64,000 bases of DNA, taken from contig JAHLWZ010000663.1 of assembly GCA_020536535.1 (NCBI GenBank), positions 1-64,000 on the forward strand. Reading direction: 5' to 3'. Position numbers and translations under genes: made by a program. Under the pieces are notes generated by a model. That model had not been told where the DNA came from, made no database searches, and was given only the letters and a program-made list of their open reading frames with translations. Position 1 is the stretch's first letter; each line of letters opens with the position of its first letter. The stretch is from Pelomyxa schiedti (Eukaryota > Protista > Evosea). Shown in pieces: positions 27,373 through 39,314 of the stretch.

Positions 27373-29999
27373 TTAGGCAAGACCCAGGGCCACAAGTTTT
27401 GCATTGGTAGGAATGCCAGTTTCATCCCAGCCGCGCTGCCTGTAATATTCCCCAAGTAACTCCTCCTTGTGCCATGTTTGACCCTAGGAGTCTGGTTAAT
27501 GGCAAGGGTACTAGTAGGAAGGGATACCTTGAAGGAAAGGTCTTGAAGCGGTTCAACCAGCAAACGTTTGGGCAGTGTGTCATCTGCGGGTGTTATGCCT
27601 GCTGCAAGATTGAATTTCTTTTGGGCATTCCATACTCTACAAAGACAAAGTTATGAGTTGTGAGGCCAAACAAATACTTGAAGAAACCTCGCGCCAACTT
27701 CCATGGCAAAAGCATCAGAATTTGGTGTTAGACCTCCTGTGGCAACGTGGGCAAGTTTGGCATATTCCGCAGCTCCAAGAGCAAATGAAGAAAACAGGCA
27801 CATCCCCACAGAGTCAATAAAGGCAGTCAGGTCTTGGAAGGCTATCACTGTGGAAACTTTTGAGCTATCGATGGCTGAGGGGTCCAGTTTTACAGGGCAT
27901 CCAACATGTTCTATTATAAAATTACTACTAGTTTGATACTGGAAGACTGAAAGAAGAATACCAACTGCGGTGGTATATCCATACACGTGGCAACCACCAC
28001 GTACAGACGTAGAATAGTTCAGTCCTGAACTCTAGGTTGAAACGGAAAAATACTGGAACAACAAGTTACCTAAGCCTTGCAGACCACGTGGATCATATGC
28101 AGGGAGTTCTTGACCTTTCACTAACGAAGAGTCATTTTATACAATAGCCAAGAAGGGAAAGCAACCACTCATGGAGAACTCAGGATGCCCATGCTTAGTT
28201 GCGAAGCGCAGTGAGCCCTCAGCAAGATCTGCACCTATACCAGGTTCCATTTTTCCCATTTTGTCGATGTACGTCACAAGACATTCACTGCTCTGCGGGA
28301 GGATTAGGAAAAAGTTGAATAGTTGCAAGTGGGGTGGGTACTCCAAAAACGATGGGCTCTGAAATAATGCCCTTGGCATGAAGCTCCATTGCGCACGAAA
28401 TCGTCCCGCCGGCACTGATTGTGTCAATGCCGTATTCATTGCACAATTGATTTGCTTTGCTAATAGGTGCGAAATCAAAAATACCACCTAGGCGCCATAA
28501 GAGAATATCAAGTAACAATACTACATACAATTGGCACCAAAAGCCCAGGCGGTTTCTGTTGAAAAAAAATTAGATCCTTGGGCACTTTCGCAAGTGAGGT
28601 ACACACCATACTCTGGGCCACTTATTACATGGCCTTCAATCTCAACAACCCTTCCACACCTAATCACACAGTTATTGCATCCCTCTGGATGTCTGAGATA
28701 GTGCTCAGATACAAATTCACCCGTTGTCTTGAACAAGGATTAATTTGGTCACTAAATGGAAAAAAAAAACGCACAGGTTCACAGGTGGTGGGGTCACAAT
28801 GCCCAGATTGAAAGTTGAGGTTGGGGAGAATTCCAGCATCGTTGCAGCCTTTCATAAGTACATTCGTTCCGTGTTGAGTAAGTAATCCACAAACTGCATT
28901 TGCGTGCATCTTTTTAACCATTTCGATATTTGTCTGTGTTGCAATATGAGCAAGGTAAACATAGAAGAATGAGTACTTCTCTAAGCGCCTCAGCATTACT
29001 AGCATTCACAACAGAACCTCCACGACATACAATAGCCTTGAGCATTTTAGAGCCCATTACTGCTCCAATTCCACCTCGACCAGCTGCGTGTTTGATATCA
29101 CTCATAATGCATGCAATTTTGCTATAGTGAAGACAGTTATGCTTGGTAAAAATACCATTCGGTGAACCCAGACCTGAGCTTTTCCCCCCCAGGGCCAATG
29201 CAGGAAATGCTAGTCGCCTTTGGCGCGCCATATCTTGTATGTAATACTTCAAACGTCTTCGATGTGAGTTGACCCCAGATGTCACTTGCACTTACAAGTG
29301 AAGGTCGTTCCCCACCCTATTTGGATTTAAAAAAAAGATCATAGTTGGGAGGTTAACTACCCCAATAACTAGAAGGACAGGAGAGGCAGATTTCCCGGAA
29401 ATGATAATAGCATCATAGCCAGACTTTTTCAGTGTAATACCGAACATTCCACCCATAGAAGTGCTAGAGAGAGTACCAGTCAGTGGACTCTTGCTCACGA
29501 ATGTGCACCGGGCCCCTTTTTGGCTTGTGAGGCATAGAGGCAGAGCAAAAAACGAGGAAAGAATAAAAAAAGGAAAGCCGGTGGGTGAGAGAACCTGTTG
29601 ATACTCCAACGCCTGTGAGAGGTCCAGTTGCTGCCACTAACAAGTTCTCAGGGCTCAACGGGTCCACTCTTGGGTCAACAGACTCTGTTACAATCCTACA
29701 ATTACAGTTAGAAACATACCCACTTCCGTTAGTCTTTTGTAAATGAATTATGCGTAGTAATATTTTTGAAGGTGGAACGTACTTAATTCCCAGCCCCCTG
29801 CCACCAATCCACTTTATTTTGGTTTCATTTAGCAAGGGCTCGTCTACCAGTGTTCCCTATGGCGAATTCGTAAGAAACAAAAAAGAGGAAAGTGAATCCC
29901 TTTAAACCAACTCCACCAAAAAGATTAATATTTCACACATACGGCGGTGAGATCAACTCTCAATATCTTTCCTACGTAAGCGTCGTTGTGGGATGCCAT
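27373..29999 (-). CDS. aor: aldehyde:ferredoxin oxidoreductase (AOR/WOR family), at least a dozen spliceosomal introns
   Basis: Spliced protein: [148 protein letters not shown] and [18 protein letters not shown]. Confidence 0.95.
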
Positions 30000-30074
30000 T
30001 CCGTACTGCCCGGTTTTTTTTGTTTTGTATTTTTTTTTCTTTCAAGACCTTTTGTTGAAGCAGTTTGGTTTTGG

Positions 30075-30954
30075 ATGTTGTTGATTTCTTCTTCGATGAA
30101 TCGCACATTCCACGGATTTAAACTCTGATCTGAGATTCAGTGTACTACCACTCTGGCCGCATCACTGAGGTGGTACACGACCAAAGAGGTGTCTGAGCAC
30201 GTCCCCCCCGACGACTGCTGGGTCATTCTCTTTGGGAACGTAATTGACGTCAGTTCCCTGCTCAGCGCCCACGCCTGTACCGCCGACGAACTAGCTCCTC
30301 TTGTGGGTCAGTAGGTTTTTCCCGTTACTTGATATCCCATAACAACTCTGTGCACGTCTACTCAGTGGTGCTTGTATTCCCGCACCCATAAGTCAGACCG
30401 CACACAAACTCACTCCTCCCGAAACCCCAGAGAATGCCGGCCGAGATGTATCGCACTGGTTTGATCCCGACACCCACGACTTGATGTGGTACATGAACCC
30501 AGAGACCGGATCGCGTTCAGTGTGGACGCCCATGGGCAGGTTCCCTCACGTTCCTCCTGAGATTCCACACTCACAGTGGAGAAACGACTTTGATGTACCG
30601 TGGTGGGCAAATGTCAATTTGCGCGTTGGGCGCGTGTCCGATTCCACACTCAAAATTTGCTTGGTCAACACTCTTACTCTGCACAAGAAAATAATGGAGG
30701 TTTTTACCCCTATTATAACAAGCTTACGAATTGTAATACAATACAAGGTTGACCCCATGGAAACACTGGCTGAAATCCGCGCAAGGTGTTACACCTGGAA
30801 TTCCAATGAAGACAACTACACATGGAAGTATCTAGGGGTCCCTCTACACATGTCAGGCACTCTAGGTGCCAATGGCGTGCAGTTTTTGGATGGGGAGACC
30901 CCTTACATTTTCTTGTATTTTAAGGACGGAATCGTAGACGACGAGAAAGACTAA
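30075..30954 (+). CDS. CYB5D1: cytochrome b5 domain-containing protein 1 (axonemal radial-spoke type)
   Basis: WYTTKEVSEH..DCWV, AGRDVSHWFDP, TPMGRFPHVPP, WRNDFDVPWW..VGRVS, INTLT-like LVNTLT, YTWKY and LYFKD. Start codon uncertain (candidate ATGs at 30075 and 30097). Confidence 0.88.
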
Positions 30955-31041
30955 AAAAATCACAGAAAAAAACAAAGTTTGTTTTGTTTTTTTTGGTTGT
31001 ATATTACCAGGAAAATGTAGCTACACAAATGTGCGGATGGC

Positions 31042-33605
31042 TTATCTTCTTTGGGTCTTTCCTGCCTTTCTCTTTCCAGAAAACAAGTGCTTGGGTTTCT
31101 TGGTATCAATTCTTCTGTCTCCTTCACCAACTTTTGCAACACGAGACCACTTCTTCTTTTCTCTGAAATCACTTTTAATTGTTCCAAGTCTTGCCTGTGG
31201 TTTTGATTAGTTTTCGGTAGTGAATACTAAGAGCTGCACACCTTAACATCCTTGAAACCAGCTCCTGGCGCTGGAGTAAGAGACCTCTCCCTGTTTTCGA
31301 CGTTCTCGTGGTGACGGTCACATTTACTAAGACCGCGGCGCCTCTTTCTGTCGGTCTCAAGGAATCGTACCTCCAGGGACTTGGCTGTACGTTTTCTCTT
31401 TGTGCTTGAGCTCCTGAGTGTTGTGGGTTTAAAAAAAAAATTATTGAAGGACTTCTACCTTGCTGCTCCCTTAGCCGCCACATTTGCATCAGCACTATCA
31501 GCACCAAGGTCTGTGAGATGTTTACTGAGGTGCGTAGAGGATCTCTTCACATTGGTGAGCATTGAAGTCGCATGTGACCTTGAGTGCTGATTGATTGCGT
31601 GCAAATATCTCTTCATCTTACGCTTGTGCATAATATCCCGATACTTTTCCAGTTGTTCGGTAGCTTATGGGGGAAAAGAAAGGTAAATAAAAGGTGTACG
31701 GAAGGGCGCTGCATACTCAGGGGCACATCTTTGTCCAAATTTAATTCTCTCCTCCTCATCTCCATGGCTACATCTTCTTCTTTTTCAAGTTCCTCCAAGC
31801 GAGCCACAATATCAGGGTCAATGAAATCAATAATGTTTTTGCCATCCATAATTTCAGGTATCACATCATACTTCCAGGCAGGATTTTCCAGTATGTAACT
31901 TTCTGTGGTACGTTATTGGGTGTGTGTAGCTGTCAGAGTACGAACCACGATCACTCATTCTTTCCTCCCACGGCTGCTTCCCAATGGAGAGAACATCATT
32001 TTCCCAATCCAAATGAGCAACTTCAATTTGCGCTTTGGTGAGTTTTGGTGGTAATTCTCCAGAGGCAACAGCAGCTTTGAGCTCTTCAGCCTTAACTCGC
32101 GCGCGGGCAACACTGGGCGGAATACAAGGTGGGCGAGCCTTGTTGGTGTTGGAGAGGTTTAAGAGGAAAACAATATTCACCTGCGAGTCTCTGCGTGCTG
32201 GTGCTGCTAAGTGAAGTCTATCTAGTAATGCCCCAGTTTTCTTTTTGCCCTCCGTTCTTAGTTCTAGAAGAATATCACAAACCTGTAAAAGGATAAGGTA
32301 AGATATGTATTGTTGATTGCTGAGCCTTGCCTGAGCTTTAGCTTCAGCAATTCCGATTTCGGTAAGTGTACTCATTTGAAGGATAGGCAGTTTGTGATTA
32401 GGTAGTTCTGTACTCTTAACTAAGCTCTCAATGAGAGTTCTATCCTCCACTGGGAGTGTGTCGTACTTCATCATATCGATTTTGTTGAGAAGTAACACAA
32501 CAGGTTTATTTGTGAAAAGGGGCTTGAGACTCTCAAAAAGTGAAACCTACTTCTGTTAACTTTTTAAAAGGGCACGCAATAACTACCTGTTGTCTAATGG
32601 TATACCCACAAGCAGTGGAAATATCTATCACAAATAGCACAGCAGCTCTCAAGTGGGCCAAAGCAGTGATAGCTTGCATCTCTATTGTGTTTCGGTCTTC
32701 AAGAGGATGATCAAGAATTCCAGGGGAATCAATTACCTGTGCACTGTTACTACACATTCAGATAAGGCTCTGGAGTTAGAGGGACCGTACTTGCCACCGA
32801 AGATATTTGTAGTCCATGTGCCCAACAAACAATGATTTGGTGGTGAATGCATAAGGTTGCACATCAACGTTAGCATTAGTAAGTTTATTCATGAGGCTGC
32901 TTTTGCCAACATTTGGATACCTTCAAAAGATTGGTTATGATGAACAAACACTGGCAAGAGTAAGTAGGGCTGATACCCTGTGATAAGAATAGTTCTTGTT
33001 GTGGGGTCGATGCTGGGAAGCCTGGCCAAATGTTGTCTGACCTGCTCTAGATATGCTAGACTGGGTGACTGTTGTCGGATAAGAGTGCACATCCTAGGAA
33101 CCATTACACAAATAATATTGGGTAGAAGGAGGACCTGCCAACAGCTGAACGCTTGAGCTGTTTGCATCGGTACAAACTGTCACCATATTTTAGGAATCGA
33201 ACATATTCTTTCCCGATATTGTCGATTAAGCGTCTGGCAGTTGCCAGCTGGGCCAAGGCGATTTTGTAGTGGTCCTTGTCATACAATACGTTCAGCAAAT
33301 CAGCGTAAAAAGGGTGTAAATCCTGCGAGCGAAAGGGAAGAATTGAACACGGTGCTGATCCAATAAAAAAAGAGGGGAGTTCTTACGTCAAGGACAGGGA
33401 ATTCCTCAAGAATGAGAGAAAGTCTGTCGTGGTAGGTCTGTTGGACAAACCGCACTTTTCGTATGTAAAACGCACGAATCCTTGGGATCGCGTAGTGCTT
33501 GTGAATAACCGTCGGAGTCTTCGACTGTGTCGACGACAGAACCACATCTATGAACTCCGAACCGGGGGGAACAACAGTGATACGCTTGAAGTTGTAAAGC
33601 ACCAT
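31042..33605 (-). CDS. NOG1: nucleolar GTP-binding protein NOG1, spliced
   Basis: [124 protein letters not shown] and [18 protein letters not shown]. Confidence 0.97.
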
Positions 33606-33867
33606 TCGTTGTCGTAGATCCGGCCGAACGCCTCAGTGCTCTGTGGGGCACGCAATTTAATAAGGAACTATTTCACCGCAACTGCAGATAGAATAGAAAT
33701 TCCTCCTCCACAGAAACAAGTCTGCTCCGCTCCTCACGACTCCTCCTCCTTTTCGCTCTTACTCAGCACTGCATCACTGAAGCAGGGCCCCTCAATGTGA
33801 CTCTGAGGACTCAGCTAAGATCACACACTCAGGAAAAATCAAAAAACAAAAAGAAAGTCAAGACAAA

Positions 33868-35535
33868 ATGGACGACGTGCGTGCTATGTTGGACGACCTA
33901 ATGGGACGAGATCGCAATAGACTGGTGCGTCAAAACCGTCGTTAATGTTATTCTCCCCGTTTTTTTCCCGTTTTTCTTTTTTTTTTTTTTTTGCAACCTC
34001 TAACAATGGTGCCCGTAGCCTAACGAGAGAACTCGTCGTGGTGTCCACTTTTATGATCCTCATGTTTGCAAGTATTATATTTGCGGTTTTTGTCCAAATG
34101 AGCTGTTTACAAACACAAAGAGCGACCTTGGTGCCTATTCCCTCTCTTTTGCACCGTTAGCTAGTCTTTATCTATCTTCAACGAAGCTATTTTTTTTTTA
34201 TTCCTAACATCACGCACCTTGCGCTTCACCCTATTACATATAATCAAATAATTTCTTTCTGTTGCTGACTCAGCACATTTATGGTATCCTCTTCTTGCCC
34301 TTAACACCAATAAACAACCATTCTTTCATCCTGCTTGTACCCTTCATTCCCAAACTGACCAGGTCCTTGTTCCGGTGTGCATGACGACGGATGTAGAACT
34401 GAGTGTGTAACTCAAATCATGGTAGAAACCCGTTTTAGATACTAATACTCTCACTCTCCCCCAATTCAACCTGCTTCATTCCTTTTATCTGGATCTCTAT
34501 TCGACTCGCCCTTGGCTGCCACTTTTTTCTGCTTTCGTGTTTGTTTTCTTTTCTGTGCCCCTGTTAGATTTATGAAACTCTCCCTGGAGGCCAAAAAGAA
34601 GTATGGCTATGAAGTAGACTTTACCAGACACCTAGAGCGGCTGGTTAATGATCTGGATAGGAAGTAATCTGCCTGTAGTTAGTGTCTCTTTCTCTAACAC
34701 AGTGTAGAATTAAAAAAGGATTAGAGAGGTTGGAACACCAAGATGACAGAGTAGACCTCTCACAATTGCCACCTGAAACTCAGATACGAATAAATGAGAT
34801 CACCCAACACATTCAAGAATTAGTAAATAAGGTAAGTAATCTTACTACTGGAACATTCTGATTTGTAATTACAGGTGGAAGCTCTAGGGGAGGAGGGTAA
34901 AGTCGAAGAAGCACAAGCAATGATGGTAGTAATTGACCAACAAAAGAAAGAGAAAGAACAACTAATTCAGGTTAGTACACGTGAAACTCCAGTTTCTCAT
35001 TCATTTTCCCAAGACATATACTCAAGAGAAGAGAATGAAAGTGTGTGAAGTTTGTGGAGCATTTCTGGTGATAGGGGACACCGAGAAGAGGACACAGTCC
35101 CACCTTGAGGGCAAGCAGCATTGTGGGTACCAAAAGATAAGAGACTGGGTCCATGAGTGGAACAAGGTAAGAGTAAGCCCCCACTCTCCCCGTACTGCTC
35201 ACACAACACCGAAAAAAAACCAGAACCGCTCTGGTGGTGGAGAAGCTGCGTCGTCGTCAACAAGCAGCACTAGCACTACTAGCACCACCACTGCCCCCAC
35301 TGCTGGCTCTTCTTCTTCTTCTTCTTCTTCTTCTTCTTCTTCTTTGGCCACGCACCATCCCCACTCCCACTCACATTCCCAATCCCGCTCCCGCTCTCGA
35401 TCCCGCGACCGTGACCGTGATCACCACCGGGATACTACACACAGGAGGGACCACCATGATCACAGAGACAGAGGCCGACACCGCCGTGAGAGGTCGAGGT
35501 CACACTCTCGCTCTGCATCACCAAGGAAACACTGA
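33868..35535 (+). CDS. LUC7: U1 snRNP-associated splicing factor LUC7, spliced
   Basis: MDDVRAMLDDLMG, VCKYYICGFCPNELFTNTKSDLGPC..VHD (ZnF1), MKVCEVCGAFL..DTEKRTQSHLEGKQHCGY (ZnF2) and an RS/RD-rich tail. Confidence 0.96.
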
Positions 35536-36039
35536 AGCCCAGAACAAAGAAACTAATTCAACCTCTTTCTTCTTTTTTTTTTTTTTTTTTCAAAAAGAAA
35601 TGGTGGGTGTCATATCCATACATGACATTGTTGAAGTAGGTTGCTCATACATGGACAAATCTGTGTCATCCAGTCATTTCATTGCTCACCAATTAATCCC
35701 CTTCCACTTTGTCAGTCCGCCGGTCTCATAATGTTGAACTTTATAGACCCATGCCCCTTATTCATCATAGTGTTGAACACAGTACGAGTGAAGTGAGCTT
35801 TGATCGAAATGGGACGTTGTACTGGACGTGAACTCCGAATATCGAGAACAACCCAAACAAGTTTGCCTTGACTTACACATTACCACTGTTCTAATTTTTC
35901 AAAAGCCTCTGGAAAGCAAATTCCCCAACCCTTGATATCCTTACTACTTCGATTGAGTGAAGAAGGAAGTTTAATTTTTTTTAAAAGGTGCAATTCAGTG
36001 TCTTCGTCTTCTGGAGTAATCTTGCTAGAGGGTTTATTC

Positions 36040-39000
36040 TTAGTTCGTTTTAAAAGTTAGACTAATTGTGTAGGGAGTGGAACACTTACCTCCGAATGTA
36101 ATTTCTTTTCTTTGTGTAGTAGGGGGATATCTTCCTTTGGCTGGTTTGGCATGTGACTTGGTGGTAGATGTAAGAACTGGTCGGTCCCCAACTGCTACCT
36201 CATCAATTATGCTGGGGAGAATTTCTTTGGTTTTGGCTGGATGTCTCGCAGAAATTATATCGGCCGAATATACTTCTCTCTGCTCACAAAACTCAAGCAT
36301 TGTGGCTTGGAATGAAGCCACGTCAGCCAGAGCCTCATTGGTGAAAACAAGTGAACAAACTTGTTCAACAGTCGGAAGTGCGGCACTGGATTTGGTTGTT
36401 GTTTTTGTGGTAGTTGAAGCTGTATTTACAGTTTTGGAGAGGGCTGAAACATTGGCTGAATGAATGTCAAAGAGGATGGCTTCAATTGCTTTTGTGGTAC
36501 CAGAAAAGAAATTAATTGCTTCCTCCATTGAAGAGGGGGCACATAACCAGTCACAGTGTGGATGCGGGAAGAACATAATGGCACCACATATTAGCATTGC
36601 TTGTTTGGCAGAGGGTCGCCGGAAGTTCTCACGTTCCAGGAGGTGGGGAATAAGGGCACTGGCCCAGGAGGAACTCTGAAACTGTGGAGGAACTACAAAG
36701 GGAGGTTTGGTGGTGGAAGAAATAAATTCAATATCAATGGGTTGATTTGCTCTTGCATAAGGATGCTGTCCACATATGGCTTCAAACAGCACACATCCCA
36801 CTGCCCAAACGTCATTTTTGCCAAGCTGATACTTGCGCTGTGAATATATCTGACCCGAGATTTTAGGCTGAGGTACTGAATGAAATAGCTCTGGTGCACG
36901 GTTTGACTGGTTTCCATCCATACACTCACCTTCATTCAGTAAAATGAAGTCTTCTCCATCAGGGCAACGAATTGAGGTGCCCATATCACAGAGAACCCAG
37001 GAGCTCCCACTGACATTAGGCCTGTTCATAAGAAGAACATTATCAATCTTGATGTCACAATGGAACCAGCCATGTGAATTTAGGTTGTAGCATGCACAAA
37101 GCAAGCAAAAAGCAAGTTGGAGCAGTCCGATTTGTGTATGTGCCCCAGAGAGTGGGTTTCCTCCATCAAGAGGTAGTGGTTTGCGTGGGAACCTGCCAAA
37201 CTTATCAGATAGTCTGGAGTCCAGCGTGCACTGCCCAAGCTCAATTGTGAGAAATGTAGTGCGTTTGAAAATTGGGATGGCATCATAGTCAGTAGATCCC
37301 TCAACCCAGCGGCGTGCATCGTCAACAAGCGCATATTTTGGTCGTAATTCTGAAGGGACAAGGTTGAGTTGAGTATCCCCTCTGAAGTAATTGTAGATGT
37401 TAGCAAGGCACCAGTGAGGATGCATAAACCCCACTTCGCACTCTCTGTCAAACCAGTCCTTTTGGTGCTTTGTCCTCTCCCCAGCAGAGAAATTAAACAT
37501 CATTTTCAGTGCAACTGTTGTTGGCTGTGTAGAAGAACGAATGGCAGCTGACCGTAAATCAACTTTGTGAACACTTCCATTACACCCTTTCCCAATAGTT
37601 ACTGCTGTAGATGTTTCAAGGCTCTCGAGTTCAACCAATCCCATTCTTCCCTTCTCGAAGTGGCAAATTTCTGCTTGCAAATTCTTTCCTGTTGTGAGAA
37701 GTAATTGTCTCTTTATCTCCACGACTTCATCCATCTGTGCACTTTCCACTTGTGTTCCCTTCCCAGTGGCTCCTCGGGTAGTTGTAGATGAAACTCTGTT
37801 TTTTTGAGGCACTGGATTTTTCCTTGTCTTAGTTGTTGTGGACTTTTTCAACACCACTTTTTGGCGTGGTGGGTCTTCCTGCACTTGTGTTCTGTGAGTT
37901 TGTGTGAGAGTGGGGCTTTCCACTAGTTTTCCATTGAATTCATTTGAGAGCTCTGGTTCCGATTCATGTACAGTGAGGAGATTCCAGTTATTGTTAAGGG
38001 ATTGGCATCCTCTCTCACTGTACTCCGCCTTGCTCAATTTCCAGTTATCAAAATGACCTGGTAATGAACCAAGTATAGACCCTCCAAGCCACACTGCATG
38101 TTGTCGCCCTTCATTACTCAGAACTCGAACATTGACTGTTGATGAAGAAATATGGGATATCTCTTTTTGCAAGCGGGTGGCTAGGCCAGTGAACATTGAT
38201 GAACCTCCAGATAGGGCAATATTGTTGGCAAGGTCTTGTTGTGAATTTACAATTGACTTCCAGCAAAGTGCCTGGATACTCAAGTCTGCACCCATTCCAA
38301 TTAGTTCAGGATAAAATAATGCCTCAGTGGCTCTGTGGTTCTCACTGTAAATATGAAATTTAGCACCATCAGGAAGTGTGACAAGTTGGTTTGGTTGACC
38401 AAGACTTTTTCTTGCTTCAAGGTCAGGGTCACTGGCCACATAGCAAACCCTCTCTTTAATTCCTTCATATGCATGTGCCCACTGTTCTGTAATTGCTGAA
38501 CCTTTTGTCAAAAATGAACTTGGTCTCTGGTGTATCAGGTCCTCCAATCTTTTATTGATGCTCTTCCCTGCATTGCAACACTTAAATGTAGCACGTGGAA
38601 AATAGTTACCATCCACAATTGGAACAATCTGAGTGAATCCATATCCCATCTCCACACAAAGACCAGAGGCCATAGCTGACGAAAAGAGTGCAAGAGGTCC
38701 TTGGGGCCATACCAACAGTGATGGTATAGTAAATGTCTCAAATGCCATCTCAGCTTTCCTCTCTCTATCTTTAAGTGGAGACAGGTGCGGTTCTGGCAAA
38801 AATAGTCGAGTTTCCTCTGGGACTATTTTGAGCAAGTCATAGAAAGTGTGGTGCCAAAGGTGCTCCAGATCCCAACTTATATCAACTCGTTCTGAGCTTG
38901 GAATAGGCCGTACCACTTTATCAAACTGAAGAGCTTGATTACCATAAGCTACTGAATCATACCACTCACTGCGAGAGTTAGAATTTCTTTTCTGTCCAAT

Positions 39001-39314
39001 AAGAGTCTTTAACAAAAATAATAAAGTGAACCGTAAGTATGAAAGTAAACCAACAACAACAGCAGCCACCATACCACACATATTAAACTATCTATCGTCA
39101 AGCACAAAGTACAAACCGGGAACACCAAAGAAGGTACGTCATCTCCCGCAAATCCAACCTTTGTGTAACCACTCCCATTGTCCATTACAACAATTAAATT
39201 TTGATCCCCTCCAGTACTCAATGGTTCTTCTGTAGTAGTGGTACTAGTACTTGTAGTCACGACAGAGGATGACTTCCGAGCTGACATTATCCTCCTCTCC
39301 ATTTCGGAAAACAT
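36040..39314 (-). CDS. actin-related domain fused to a PINK1-like protein kinase domain; 2 exons
   Basis: Exon 1 ends IVVMDNGSGYTKVGFAGDDVPSLVFP. After one intron (gtttgt...ttaaag) a single exon of about 2.97 kb carries the actin motifs (FETF, LSGGSSMF, AVWLGGSIL, SKAEYSERG) and then the kinase motifs IGKGCNG, VALKMMFN, HCDIKIDN, DMG, RAPEL and DVWAVG. Confidence 0.9.

Noticed and set aside
27481-27524. U12-type intron in AOR (GTATCCCT...CATTAAC) and similar GTATCC donors
   Set aside because: Neither the donor (consensus RTATCCTT) nor the branch point (TCCTTAAC) matches fully, and such matches are expected by chance among many degenerate introns.
27373-29999. AOR as bacterial/archaeal contamination or endosymbiont DNA
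   Set aside because: The reading frame is only recoverable by removing many GT-AG introns, and the gene is flanked within about 120 bp by eukaryotic genes.
3991-29999. Moco sulfurase + AOR as a functional gene cluster
   Set aside because: They are 21 kb apart with unrelated genes between, and MOCOS-type sulfuration serves xanthine-oxidase-family enzymes, not AOR-family enzymes.
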